Source of the DNA: an uncultured Alphaproteobacteria bacterium
Lineage (GTDB): Bacteria > Pseudomonadota > Alphaproteobacteria > Geminicoccales > Geminicoccaceae
Length of the DNA stretch: 64,000 nt
Direction of reading: 5' to 3'
Assembly (NCBI GenBank): GCA_963757395.1
Contig: CAVWRK010000008.1
Span: 272,337 to 336,336 of the forward strand
Part shown: piece after piece, positions 21,075 through 31,133 of the stretch
Layout of the letters: each line of letters opens with the position of its first letter
Numbering within the stretch: position 1 is the stretch's first letter
Notes under the pieces: generated by a model
The model's input: the letters and a program-made list of their open reading frames with translations, nothing else
What the model was told of the DNA's origin: nothing
Databases searched by the model: none
Program-made: the position numbers and the translations under genes

Positions 21075-22430
21075 TCAAAAGGTCAGCGTCGCGTAGACCT
21101 CGAACAGGTGGAAGGGGTTGTCGGCGCCGAACACCTCCTTGGCGGCATCGCCCGGGAACGCGACGCCGTAGAGCGCGCCGACCGAGATGTTGTCGGTGAT
21201 CGTCCAGTCGGTGTAGACGTCGACCTCGTCGGCGAAGTCGCGATCGCTGACCGGCGTCCCGTAGTAGTTCTTCTCGGCCAGATCGAAGTGGTAGTAGATC
21301 GCGCCGATCGAGACCGCTTCGGTCGGGCTCGCCGACAGCTGCACCATGTGGTTGATCTGGTTGCTGTTGAACAACAGGTAGTTGCCGACGATCTCGCCCT
21401 GAGTCCAGGTGCCCCAGGTGCGGTCGCCCTCGTAGAACAGCGGGTCGAAGTCCTTGCGCCGGTCGTCGCCGGGGTCGGAATCGCCGGAGAAATAGGCGAA
21501 GCGGTAGGCAAGCGTCGGCGTCCAGGGCAGCCAGGAGAAGGTGTAGGCGGGCTCGACGTAAAAGGCGTAGGCCCGGTAGTCGGCGTTGTCGCCGTTGCCG
21601 AACTCCTGGACGTATTCCGCATACAGGTTGGCGTCCTCGAAATCCGGCCAGCGTACGTCGTTGAGCCTGAGGGCGAGCGCCTGCATGCCCTCGCGCGGGA
21701 CCGCGGCATCGAAATCCCCTTCGTCGTCGATGATGTCGAGGTAGGTGGCGCCGAGCGTGCCGAAGCCCGGCTGGTAGTCGAGATTGACCCCGACCACCTC
21801 GGTGTCACCATTGTCGCTGTCGCCCTTGAGGTAGAAGAGCTGGCCGCTGACCGGCTCGACATGCACGCGGATCAGGCCGGTCATCTTGAAGGCGCTGCGG
21901 GGTGCCAGCCAATAGGCGCCATCGCCCTCGTTGTCGACATTGCCATCCCAGATCAGGAAGCCGTCGCCGACGTGGAAGTCCTGGCGGCCGAGCGACAGAT
22001 CGAGCGCATCCTCGCCGAGCGAGTCCGCGAGCAGCTCGCCCGAGCGCCAGCCGGCGTACAGGCCCTCGACGTCGAGCTGCTTGTCGCCGCCGTCGGTGAA
22101 GCCGCCGGCATCGCCGTCGCCGACCGTGAGCGCGCCGACCGCGGACGCGCCGCCGTAGAGCGTGCCGCGCGCCTCGGTCTCGTAGGCGAGATCGAGCGAC
22201 GGCTTGAGATAGCCTTCGCCCCATTGCGCGTCGCCGGTGTTGTCGCCGCTCTTCAGATCGACCCGGCCGGCGCCGAAGTTGGTGTTCTCGGTGTCGAGGA
22301 AGGCGGCGCCGACCTCGAGGCCGGCCTCGACGGAGAGACCGCCATTCTGCAGCAGTTCGATCGCCTGCCCGGGCCCGCCGCTCAACACCAGCGCCAGGGC
22401 GCCCAGGCCAACCACGATCATGCGTGCCAT
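21075..22430 (-). CDS. Outer-membrane beta-barrel porin (alginate-export/AlgE-like family)
   Basis: From ATG 22430: signal MARMIVVGLGALALVLSG, Gly/Asp/Tyr-rich alternating strands, C-terminal ...FEVYATLTF. The 652-aa track ORF has an implausible N-terminal extension. Confidence 0.6.
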   Translation of the reverse strand: MARMIVVGLGALALVLSGGPGQAIELLQNGGLSVEAGLEVGAAFLDTENTNFGAGRVDLKSGDNTGDAQWGEGYLKPSLDLAYETEARGTLYGGASAVGALTVGDGDAGGFTDGGDKQLDVEGLYAGWRSGELLADSLGEDALDLSLGRQDFHVGDGFLIWDGNVDNEGDGAYWLAPRSAFKMTGLIRVHVEPVSGQLFYLKGDSDNGDTEVVGVNLDYQPGFGTLGATYLDIIDDEGDFDAAVPREGMQALALRLNDVRWPDFEDANLYAEYVQEFGNGDNADYRAYAFYVEPAYTFSWLPWTPTLAYRFAYFSGDSDPGDDRRKDFDPLFYEGDRTWGTWTQGEIVGNYLLFNSNQINHMVQLSASPTEAVSIGAIYYHFDLAEKNYYGTPVSDRDFADEVDVYTDWTITDNISVGALYGVAFPGDAAKEVFGADNPFHLFEVYATLTF

Positions 22431-22597
22431 GCGCTGTCCAACATCTCTGAGACCGCGTGCACTCTTTAGTTGAATGAAACGAGATGTAAATGTACTTTTC
22501 GCTGGATCGCGGACTGCCCGACACCCGACCACCCCTGGACAGCGGCGCTCGCGGCGCCAGTTTGATGAGGCGATGGCAAGCCCCTTGGAGGAGACCC

Positions 22598-23240
22598 ATG
22601 CAACGGCTCGACCGCCGCCTGATCCTCGGCACCATGGGCTCGCTCGCGACGCTTGCCGCCCTCGCCGGCAAAGACGGCCGCGGCTCTGCTGCCGACGCCC
22701 GCCCAGACCGAAGGGCCGTTCTATCCGCTGACCCTGCCACTCGATGCCGACAACGACCTGGTCCAGGTCGAGGGGCAGGCGCAGCGCGCGGCGGGCACCG
22801 TCCTGCACCTCGCGGGCCGGGTGCGGGGCCAGGACGGCCGGCCGGTCGCCGGCGCCCGGATCGAGATCTGGCAATGCGACGCTTTCGGCGTCTATCACCA
22901 CTCGCGCGACCATCGCGGCCCCGCCGATCCCAACTTCCAGGGCTTCGGGGCGACCACCGCGACCGCGGACGGCGCCTGGCGCTTTCGGACCATCGAGCCG
23001 GTGCCCTATCCCGGCCGCACGGCGCACATCCACTTCAAGATCGCCGGCCCCGGCTTCGCGCCCCTGACCACGCAGATGTACGTCGCCGGGCAGCCGCTCA
23101 ACGCCGGCGATGCCATCTACCGGGGAATCGCCGACCCCGCGGCGCGCGCGGCCGTCACCGTGCCCCTCGAGCCCGCTTCGGGGCTCGAGCCGGACGCGCT
23201 CGGGGCGCGCTTCGACATCGTGCTCGGCCTGATCACCTGA
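22598..23240 (+). pseudogene. Tat-exported intradiol ring-cleavage dioxygenase-like protein, frame-disrupted inside the signal peptide
   Basis: ATG 22598 (GGAGGAG SD) gives MQRLDRRLILGTMGSLATLAALAG. The mature part KTAAALLPTPAQTEGPFYP...IEIWQCDAFGVYHH...GRTAHIHFKI is in the +1 frame. The junction is the AAA run at 22670-22672. Confidence 0.75.
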
Positions 23241-23466
23241 GCCGCGGCCGGCGGTGAAATACAGCTTCCGGACGCGGCGCCGTTTGATCTAAGCTGCCGT
23301 GGGGTCATGCCCGCATCGGGTGGACGCGCCGCAAGGCATACGATCACGCGGCTGTCATGGCGCCCAGGGAGACTTCGACGTCGGCGCCGGAGCCACAGAA
23401 CCGGCCCGCTGCACCCAGCGCCGTGCAAGGCGGTGCGGAGCGTCGATGCAACCAGGGAGAGATTTG

Positions 23467-24849
23467 ATGAACGGTTTGAAGCTCGCCGTCGTGGCGTTGA
23501 CCCTCACCACCCTCGCCGGACTGGCGGCGCCGCCGCCGTCCGCCGCCGAGGAGGTGACGCTGACGCTCTGGTCGCGTGCCGACCGCTCGGGTCCGCTCCG
23601 GACCGGCAACATCGTCGAAGCCACCAAGCAGCTGAACGCCTTCCTCGCCGCCTCGGGCTCCGACACCAGCATCAAGCTCAATGTCCACGAGGGCAACGCG
23701 ACCGGCTACGACGACGACGCGTTGCAGCTCCTCCAGGCCTGCGCCGTCGACCAATGCCCGGATCTCTACGTCGCCGCCCACGAATGGGTCGGCGAGTTCG
23801 CCAAGGACGGCTACGCGATGAACATGGAGAAGTTCATCGCCGACAATGACTGGGCCTTCAAGGACGTCATCCCGGTGCTCTGGGAGTCGACCAAGTACAA
23901 CGGCGAGCGCTACGCCATCCCGCAGGACACCGAGATCCGCATGTACTTCTACAACAAGGACATGCTGCGGAAGATCGGCAAGGACGAGGCGTTCATCGAC
24001 GCGATCCCGCAGAAGGTCGACTCGGGCGAGATGACCATGGCCGACTTCGGCGAGCTCACCAAGGAGGTGGTCGACAAGGGTGCCGCCCAGATGGGCCTGT
24101 TGCACCGGCCGAACACCGGCCCCGACTACATCATGACGTTTGCCGCCTTCGGCGTGAAGTTCATGGACGAGAAGACCGGCAAGCTGCTGCTGCCGCGCGC
24201 CGAGATGGAGAAGGCGTTCGAATGGTTCGACTGGATGGCCCGCAATGGCGCCACGCCTGAGAACAACACCGCGATGTCCTGGGACGACATCGAGGCCGCC
24301 TTCAAGCAGGAGAAGGCGTTCGCGTTCCACCACGGCATCTGGGACATGGCCTGGATGATGGGCGACGCCCACGACGCCACCTGGCCGACCGATCAGGAGG
24401 CCTTCCAGCACAAGATCGGCTGGATCAACGCTCCGGCCGGCGAGAAGGGCGGCAAGCCCGCAAACCTGTCGCACCCGATCGTCTACGTCGTCAATCCCAA
24501 GTCGGCGCACGCCGACCTCGCGGCCCAGATCGTGGCCTTCGCGACCTTGCCCTTCTACAACATCCAGCACGCCGTCACGACCTATCACCTCGGCGTCCTG
24601 AACGGCGAGCAGAGCATGCCAGCCTACGTCGAGGCCTGGCCGCTGCACGCCGCGAGCCCGCTGCTCGCGTACACGACCTTCATGCCGAACCACCCGGACT
24701 TCGGCACCTACAACGGCATCCTCTACAAGGGTCTCCAGGGGGTCGAGACCGGGCGGCTCAGCCCGCAGGACGCGGTCGCGTTCCTCGAGGACGAGATGAC
24801 CTCGCAGCTCGGGGACACGGTCGAGGTCGTCGACAGCGTCTCGCAGTAA
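23467..24849 (+). CDS. Carbohydrate-type ABC transporter substrate-binding protein (family 1)
   Basis: From ATG 23467: signal MNGLKLAVVALTLTTLAGLAAPPPSAA; 460 aa; followed by two MalFG-type permeases and a MalK/UgpC-type ATPase. Confidence 0.8.
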   Translation: MNGLKLAVVALTLTTLAGLAAPPPSAAEEVTLTLWSRADRSGPLRTGNIVEATKQLNAFLAASGSDTSIKLNVHEGNATGYDDDALQLLQACAVDQCPDLYVAAHEWVGEFAKDGYAMNMEKFIADNDWAFKDVIPVLWESTKYNGERYAIPQDTEIRMYFYNKDMLRKIGKDEAFIDAIPQKVDSGEMTMADFGELTKEVVDKGAAQMGLLHRPNTGPDYIMTFAAFGVKFMDEKTGKLLLPRAEMEKAFEWFDWMARNGATPENNTAMSWDDIEAAFKQEKAFAFHHGIWDMAWMMGDAHDATWPTDQEAFQHKIGWINAPAGEKGGKPANLSHPIVYVVNPKSAHADLAAQIVAFATLPFYNIQHAVTTYHLGVLNGEQSMPAYVEAWPLHAASPLLAYTTFMPNHPDFGTYNGILYKGLQGVETGRLSPQDAVAFLEDEMTSQLGDTVEVVDSVSQ

Positions 24850-24908
24850 CAGCGCTTCTTTGGGCGGGGGCCGCGGGCTCCCGCCCTCTCCGGGCGAGAC
24901 GCTCGCCG

Positions 24909-25847
24909 ATGCCCTCCAGCGCCCCCATGGCCTCCGGCGCGCATGCTGCCGCGCTGCGCCGCCAGCGCCTCAACATGCTGATCTTCCTCGGACCGGCCGG
25001 CGTGCTTCTGGTCTGCTTTTTCATCCTGCCGGTGATCATCGACCTCGTGGTCGCCTTCACCGACATGGGGCGCAACCTCAAGGTCACGACGTTCACGACG
25101 GCCAACTTTGAGCGCATGCTGGGCAGCGACACCCGGATGGCCTCGGTGCTGACCGTGACGCTGGTCTACATCCTCGGCACGCTCGCGATCTTCAACGTCA
25201 CCTTCGCGCTCGTGCTGGCGCTGCTCACGACCGGCCTGCCGGCGCGCTCGGGCGCCTTCTTCCGGGCGATCTGGCTGTTGCCGCGGATGAGCCCCTCGGT
25301 CGTCTACGCGCTGCTCTGGACCTGGGTCATCTCGCCGACCGACTACGGCCTGCTCAACCAGTTCCTGAAGCTCGCCGGCCTGCCGCCGGTCGACGTCCTG
25401 AACTCGGCGCCCTGGGCGCTGATCATCGTCGCCAACGGCTTCATCGGCGCCTCGATGGGCATGATCATCTTCACGTCCGCGATCCGCTCGATCCCGGAGC
25501 ACCTGTTCTTCGCCGCCCGGGTCGATGGTGCCGGCGGCCTCGCGATCGTCCGCCACATCACGCTGCCCGCGATCCGCTGGCCGCTCTCGTTCGTCACGAT
25601 CTACCAGGCGCTCTCGTTGCTGGTGAGCTTCGAGTACATCTGGCTGATCACCAACGGCGGCCCCTTCTACGACACCACGGTCTACGCGCTCTACGTCTAC
25701 AAGCGCGCGTTCGGCAACGGTCAGTACGCCTATGGCGCGGCGCTGGCGCTCGGCCTGGTCGTGATCGGGATCGCGGCCGCCCTTTTGATGTGGCGCTTCC
25801 TCGACATGCGATCCTTGCTGCAAAAGCCCCGGATCGAGGTCCAATGA
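24909..25847 (+). CDS. Carbohydrate ABC transporter permease (MalF/UgpA-like)
   Basis: 312 aa, 6 TM, EAA loop FFAARVDGAGGLAIVRHITLPAI. Confidence 0.85.
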   Translation: MPSSAPMASGAHAAALRRQRLNMLIFLGPAGVLLVCFFILPVIIDLVVAFTDMGRNLKVTTFTTANFERMLGSDTRMASVLTVTLVYILGTLAIFNVTFALVLALLTTGLPARSGAFFRAIWLLPRMSPSVVYALLWTWVISPTDYGLLNQFLKLAGLPPVDVLNSAPWALIIVANGFIGASMGMIIFTSAIRSIPEHLFFAARVDGAGGLAIVRHITLPAIRWPLSFVTIYQALSLLVSFEYIWLITNGGPFYDTTVYALYVYKRAFGNGQYAYGAALALGLVVIGIAAALLMWRFLDMRSLLQKPRIEVQ

Positions 25848-26923
25848 GCGCCACCGCCGCGCCCGTCGCCGAAGATGTTGACCACTGGCACACGGTGGTC
25901 GAGCGGGCGAGGGTGCGGCGGCGCTGGACCACGACACTGCTCTACGCGTTCCTGATCCTGTCCTCGCTGCCGATCATCATCCCTTATTTCTGGCTGGTCA
26001 CGGTCGCGTTCTCGGCGCGCGGCGGGACCAACACCTACGTCTTGTGGCGGACGATGGCGATCATCGTGCCGGCGCTGTTCGCCTTCTGGCTCCTCGGCGT
26101 CAACATCGAGAACGCGCGCCTTCTGCGCCGCGCCCAGATGCTCCTCGGGCTCGCCACGCTGGCGCTGCTGGCAATCCTGACCGGCCCCTATCTGCACCTC
26201 GACAATTGGCGTTTCCTCTGGAACCCGGACTTCTCGGCTGGCATCAACTACGGCCCCGCGGCGATCGGTGGCGCCCAGTTCCCATCGGTCTGGGTGGCGT
26301 TCGGCAACTCGCTGCTGCTGGCTCTCGGCGAGACCCTGATCGTGGTCACGGTCGGGACCCTTGCCGGCTATTACCTGTCGCGGTTCGCCTTCGACGGCCG
26401 CGAGCGGGTGCTGAAGGGCGTGCTCGTGCTGCACGCCTTCCCGGCGATGACGCTCGTGATCCCGATCTTCCTTTTGATGTACTGGGTCGGGCTGCTCGAC
26501 ACGATCACCGGCGTGATGCTGGTGATCTGCACGATCGAGGTGCCGTTCGCGATCTTCATCATGAAGGGCTTCTTCGACGCCGTGCCCTGGGAGATCGAGA
26601 TGAGTGCCATGACCGATGGCGCCTCGCGCCGCCAGGCGTTCGTCCTGGTGCTGCTGCCGCAGGTCCGTTTCGGCATGCTGGCGGTCGGCATCTTCGCCTT
26701 CCTGCGTGGCTGGGAGGAGTATGTCTTCGTGCGCACGCTCCTGGTCGCCAAGTCGAACTGGGTCATGAGCCTCTATCTGTTTTTCGTCTCCGAGGACGTG
26801 ATGGGCGTCGACTACGGCATCGTGTCGGCCGTGGGCGTGTTCTACATCGTCCCGAGTCTCGTGCTCTACAGCTTCACCCAACGCTATCTGACCCAGATGA
26901 GCGTCGGCGGGATCAAGGGCTAG
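25844..26923 (+). CDS. Carbohydrate ABC transporter permease (MalG/UgpE-like)
   Basis: ATGA stop/start overlap with the previous gene; EAA loop EIEMSAMTDGASRRQAFVLVLLPQV. Confidence 0.85.
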   Translation: MSATAAPVAEDVDHWHTVVERARVRRRWTTTLLYAFLILSSLPIIIPYFWLVTVAFSARGGTNTYVLWRTMAIIVPALFAFWLLGVNIENARLLRRAQMLLGLATLALLAILTGPYLHLDNWRFLWNPDFSAGINYGPAAIGGAQFPSVWVAFGNSLLLALGETLIVVTVGTLAGYYLSRFAFDGRERVLKGVLVLHAFPAMTLVIPIFLLMYWVGLLDTITGVMLVICTIEVPFAIFIMKGFFDAVPWEIEMSAMTDGASRRQAFVLVLLPQVRFGMLAVGIFAFLRGWEEYVFVRTLLVAKSNWVMSLYLFFVSEDVMGVDYGIVSAVGVFYIVPSLVLYSFTQRYLTQMSVGGIKG

Positions 26924-26929
26924 CAGCCG

Positions 26930-27991
26930 ATGGCGCGGATCGAGTTCGACCGGGTGACCAAGCGCTGGGGCGACGTGGTCGCGGTCGACGACCTGTCGCT
27001 GGTGGTCGAGGAGGGCGAGTTCGTCTCGCTGCTCGGGCCTTCGGGCTGCGGCAAGTCGACGACCTTGTTCATGCTGGCTGGCATCTACGCGCCCAGCGCC
27101 GGCGAGATCCGCTTCGGCGGGGCCGTGGTCAACGAGGTCGAGGCGCGCGATCGCAACGTCGGCATCGTGTTCCAGTCCTACGCGCTCTATCCGCACATGA
27201 GCGTGCGCCGCAACATCGGCTTCCCGCTCCGCTTCAAGAAGCTGGCCGAGGCCGGCCGGCGGGTCGAGGCGGCGGCGCGCCTCGTGCACGTCCAGGAGCT
27301 ACTGGAGCGGATGCCGCCGCAGCTCTCGGGCGGCCAGCAGCAGCGGGTGGCGCTCGCCCGCGCGCTGGTCAAGGAGCCGCAGCTCTTGCTGCTCGACGAG
27401 CCGCTCTCCAACCTCGACGCGACGCTCCGGCTGACCATGCGCAGCGAGATCAAGACCCTGCAGCGTCAGCTCGGCGTGACCTCGATCCTGGTCACCCACG
27501 ACCAGCTCGAGGCGACCACGATGGCGGATCGGATCATCTGCATGCGGGCGGGCCGGATCGAGCAGATGGGCACGCCGGACGACCTCTACCGGCGCCCGGC
27601 CAGCCGGTTCGTCGCCGGCTTCATCGGGTCACCGCCGATCAACCTCTTGGCCGGCATCGCCACCGCCGGCCGCCTCGAGGTCAACGGCACGGAGCTCGCC
27701 TGCGCCGGCCGGGTCGAGGGCCAGGTCGTGCTCGGGCTGCGACCGGAGGCGGTGCGCTTCGCGGCAACCGGCCGCCCGGCGCGGATCACCGAGATCGAGC
27801 CGATGGGCCGCGAGACCCTCTATCTGGTCGAGAGCGGGCTCGGGCCCCTGCGCGTGCTCGAGGCGGGCTCCACGGTTCGCCACCGGATCGGTGACCGCGT
27901 GGCGCTCGCCTTCGACGGCGCCAGCACCATGCTGTTCGATCAGACGAGCGAGCGGCTGATCGAGGGTGCACATCTCGCCGAGGCCGAATGA
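26930..27991 (+). CDS. ABC transporter ATP-binding protein (MalK/UgpC-like)
   Basis: 353 aa, GPSGCGKST, LSGGQQQRVALARAL, LLLDEP, C-terminal regulatory (TOBE-like) domain. Confidence 0.9.
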   Translation: MARIEFDRVTKRWGDVVAVDDLSLVVEEGEFVSLLGPSGCGKSTTLFMLAGIYAPSAGEIRFGGAVVNEVEARDRNVGIVFQSYALYPHMSVRRNIGFPLRFKKLAEAGRRVEAAARLVHVQELLERMPPQLSGGQQQRVALARALVKEPQLLLLDEPLSNLDATLRLTMRSEIKTLQRQLGVTSILVTHDQLEATTMADRIICMRAGRIEQMGTPDDLYRRPASRFVAGFIGSPPINLLAGIATAGRLEVNGTELACAGRVEGQVVLGLRPEAVRFAATGRPARITEIEPMGRETLYLVESGLGPLRVLEAGSTVRHRIGDRVALAFDGASTMLFDQTSERLIEGAHLAEAE

Positions 27992-28812
27992 TCGCGAGCG
28001 GCGACCGGAAAGTGGCGCTCAAATGGCATCAGCTGCGGCGCCGCCGCACGGATCCGGCGCATGATCGAACCAACCTCCGGCTCGGGATCGAGCAGGGGGC
28101 CAGCCTCGAGGTCGACATCGTGGCGACCCGGGATCGCCATTTCGTCTGCCTGCACGACCCTGAGCTCGCCTCCGAGACCACCGGCCGCGGCCCGGTCGTG
28201 GACCAGGACCGGAGCGCGGTCGAGCGCTTGCGGCAATGCGCGAACGATGGCCGCCCGCTCGCCACGCCACCGCTTTTTCTGGATGAAGTGGTGGCCGCAC
28301 TGGCTGCAGCGCCGGCCGGCTGGCCGGGGCGCCTCCAGCTCGATTTGAAGCAGCCGGCCGGCCTGATTGACGGTCCACTGACGGAGCGCTTCGCCGAGCT
28401 GGTCACGCCGGTGACGCCCCACCTGATGCTCGGCGGCACCGAATGGGGCGCCGTGCAGTGGCTGGGGCAGGCGGTGCCGGGCCTTCGCCTTGGCTTCGAT
28501 CCGCTGGCGATCCACGAGGCGGCGCCGCCGGCGAGCGCGGCCGAGTTCCGCGCCCTCGGCGCTTCCATGCTGGCGCACGCGCCGGCGGCGGCGATCTTCT
28601 ATCTGCACATCCCGCTCCTGCTCCAGGGCCTCGAGGCCGGCGTCGACCTGATCGCGATGGCCAGGTCGCAGGGCGCCGAGGTCGATGCCTGGCGGCTCGA
28701 GCCCGAGGACGACCGGGCGGCGGAAACGCTCGCAAGGCTGGTCGCGGCAGGCGTCGATCAGGTCACCACCGATTCACCCCTCGCCCTGGAGCAGCTGTGG
28801 CAAAGCCGCTGA
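27988..28812 (+). CDS. Glycerophosphodiester phosphodiesterase (GDPD) family protein
   Basis: 274 aa, 4-nt overlap with the ATPase gene; SLEVDIVATRDRHFVCLHDPELASETTGRGPV matches the GDPD core pattern. Confidence 0.6.
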   Translation: MIASGDRKVALKWHQLRRRRTDPAHDRTNLRLGIEQGASLEVDIVATRDRHFVCLHDPELASETTGRGPVVDQDRSAVERLRQCANDGRPLATPPLFLDEVVAALAAAPAGWPGRLQLDLKQPAGLIDGPLTERFAELVTPVTPHLMLGGTEWGAVQWLGQAVPGLRLGFDPLAIHEAAPPASAAEFRALGASMLAHAPAAAIFYLHIPLLLQGLEAGVDLIAMARSQGAEVDAWRLEPEDDRAAETLARLVAAGVDQVTTDSPLALEQLWQSR

Positions 28813-29867
28813 TCGTCACCCGGACCACGGCCGCGATCACCCGCCTTGATGCCACCGCCCGGGCCGCGATCGCCGAGCGGCCTGCGACCAGGGAGGAGCA
28901 CGCGCGCCAGTTCGCCGCTTATCCGGGCCTGGACGAGATCGAGGTCGGAGCCCCGCCCACGGTCCACCCGATGCCCGAAAGCCCGGCCCGGATCCTGTTT
29001 TGGAACGCCGAGCGCGGCAAGTTCCCGGACCCGGCAGCACGGCTGCTCGGCGGGCTGGACGCTGCCGCCATCCTGCTCTGCGAGCTCGACCTCGGCATGG
29101 CCCGCTCCGGCCAGGCGCATACCGCGCGCGCGCTCGCGGACCGCCTCGGCATGGGCTACGCCTTCGGCGTCGAGTTTCTCGAGCTGGGCCTCGGCGATGC
29201 CTTTGAGCAGGCCTGGCACGCCGGCGAGGTCAACGAAGCCGGGTTGCACGGTGCCGCGATCCTCGCGCGCTCGCCGCTCGAGCGGCCGGCGCTGGTCCGG
29301 CTCGAGAAGGGCGGCAACTGGTTCGATGGCGCCAACGGCGAACGCCGGGTCGGTGGCCGGATGGCGATGGTCGCGACCCTTCGGATCGCTGGCCGGCCGG
29401 TGACGCTCGCCGCGGTCCATTTCGAGAGCCACAGCGATCCCGAAGGTCGCGCCGGCCAGCTCCGCCTGCTGCTCGACGCGCTCGATCGCTACGCCGGGGA
29501 GCAACCAGTGCTGATCGGCGGCGATCTCAACACCTCGACGCTGGCCCGCGGCTGGGCGCGTGGCAGCGGGGAAAAGCCCATGCTGGCCGAGTCCCGTCTG
29601 CTCGACCCGGAGCCCTTCGAGCCCCTGTTCGAGGTCGCCCTGGCCGCGGGCTACGACTGGCGCGCCTGCAATGCGCTCGGTGTTCCGACCCAGCGCACCC
29701 GCCCCGACGGCACGCCCGCGCCGCCGCTCGGCAAGATCGACTGGTTCCTCGCCCGCGGGCTCGAGGCCCTGGAACCGAGGACCATCCCGGCCGTGGACGA
29801 CGCCGGCAGCGCGCTCTCCGACCACGAGGTCCTGGCGGTCACGATCCGGCCCACGGCCCAGCGGTAG
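28797..29867 (+). CDS. Endonuclease/exonuclease/phosphatase (EEP) family protein
   Basis: GTG 28797 overlaps the GDPD gene end by 16 nt. ILFWNAERG..., LLCELD, AVHFESHS, IGGDLNT, C-terminal SDHEVLAVTI are typical EEP catalytic motifs. Confidence 0.7.
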   Translation: MAKPLIVTRTTAAITRLDATARAAIAERPATREEHARQFAAYPGLDEIEVGAPPTVHPMPESPARILFWNAERGKFPDPAARLLGGLDAAAILLCELDLGMARSGQAHTARALADRLGMGYAFGVEFLELGLGDAFEQAWHAGEVNEAGLHGAAILARSPLERPALVRLEKGGNWFDGANGERRVGGRMAMVATLRIAGRPVTLAAVHFESHSDPEGRAGQLRLLLDALDRYAGEQPVLIGGDLNTSTLARGWARGSGEKPMLAESRLLDPEPFEPLFEVALAAGYDWRACNALGVPTQRTRPDGTPAPPLGKIDWFLARGLEALEPRTIPAVDDAGSALSDHEVLAVTIRPTAQR

Positions 29868-29960
29868 CGCGCTGGACGTTCCTGGCCGTCGCAGCTAGAA
29901 CCGCGCTGGTTCATGTCCGACGACGGCAAGCCTGAACCGGCTGCAAGGGGGAGATGACGC

Positions 29961-30806
29961 ATGGCTGGCTACGCCCATCCCGAGATGCTCGTCGACACGG
30001 CCTGGGTGGCCGCCCATCAGAACGATCCGAAGGTCCGGATCGCCGAGGTCGACGTCGACACCGCCGCCTACGAGCAGGGCCACGTCCCGGGCGCGGTCGG
30101 CTGGAACTGGACGACCCAGCTGTGCGACACCGTGCGCCGCGACATCATCCCGAAGGACGCGTTCGAGACGCTGATGGCGGCTGCCGGGATCGGCAACGAC
30201 ACTGCCGTGATCCTCTACGGCGACAACAACAACTGGTTCGCCGCCTGGGCGCTCTGGCAGATGAAGCTCTACGGCCACAAGGACGTCCGGCTGATGAACG
30301 GCGGCCGCAAGAAGTGGCTGGAGGAGGGCCGCGAGCTCACGACCGACGCGCCGCCGATCACGCCCGCGAGCTACCGGGCCTCCGGCCCCGACCTGTCCTT
30401 GCGCGCGTTCCTGTCCGAGGCCATGGAGGCGTCCAAAAGCCGCTCCAAGGCGTTCGTCGACGTGCGCAGCCCGGACGAGTTCAGCGGCAAGATCCTGGCC
30501 CCTCCGGGCCTGCCCGAGACCTGCCAGCGCGGCGGCCACATTCCGGGCGCTGCCAGCATCCCCTGGGGCCAGGCCTGCAAGGAGGATGGCACCTTCAAGT
30601 CCTTCGACGAGCTCAAGGCGCTCTACGGCGGCAAGGGGGTCACGGGCGACCAGCCGGTGATCGCCTATTGCCGGATCGGCGAGCGCTCGAGCCACTCCTG
30701 GTTCGTGCTCAAATATCTGCTCGGCTACGACGACGTGAAGAACTACGACGGCTCCTGGACCGAGTGGGGCAACCTGGTCGGCGTACCGGTCGAACGCGGC
30801 GCTTAG
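29961..30806 (+). CDS. Two-domain thiosulfate/3-mercaptopyruvate sulfurtransferase (rhodanese)
   Basis: 281 aa, active-site loop YCRIGERSSHSWF, tandem rhodanese architecture. Confidence 0.85.
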   Translation: MAGYAHPEMLVDTAWVAAHQNDPKVRIAEVDVDTAAYEQGHVPGAVGWNWTTQLCDTVRRDIIPKDAFETLMAAAGIGNDTAVILYGDNNNWFAAWALWQMKLYGHKDVRLMNGGRKKWLEEGRELTTDAPPITPASYRASGPDLSLRAFLSEAMEASKSRSKAFVDVRSPDEFSGKILAPPGLPETCQRGGHIPGAASIPWGQACKEDGTFKSFDELKALYGGKGVTGDQPVIAYCRIGERSSHSWFVLKYLLGYDDVKNYDGSWTEWGNLVGVPVERGA

Positions 30807-30835
30807 ACGAGCGCCGCGCGGTAAGAGTGGAAAAA

Positions 30836-31060
30836 ATGCGGACCGAGGATTACCAGCGTCGCGAGGAAAAACTGGCCGGCTGGCCGGTCGGGATCGTCTC
30901 CTACAGGCTCGGCGACAAGTGGTTCTGCGAGATCGACAACGTCAGCCCCGGTGCGCGGATCGCCCGCGCCGAGGGCGCCACACGCGAGGAGGCCGAAGCG
31001 ACGGCGATCGCCGCCGCCACCCGCCGCCTCGCCCGCACCCAGGTCCACGAGGTCGAGTAG
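30836..31060 (+). CDS. Small conserved hypothetical protein (74 aa)
   Basis: MRTEDYQRREEKLAGWPVGIVSYRLGDKWFCEIDNVSPGARIARAEG...; starts 30 nt after the sulfurtransferase stop; balanced composition. Confidence 0.5.
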   Translation: MRTEDYQRREEKLAGWPVGIVSYRLGDKWFCEIDNVSPGARIARAEGATREEAEATAIAAATRRLARTQVHEVE

Positions 31061-31133
31061 CGCGGGCACAGGGGGGCCGAGACCCGGGCGCCCCGCCGTC
31101 CGCTGCGCACACCTCGGAGCGGGAGGAGGCCGG

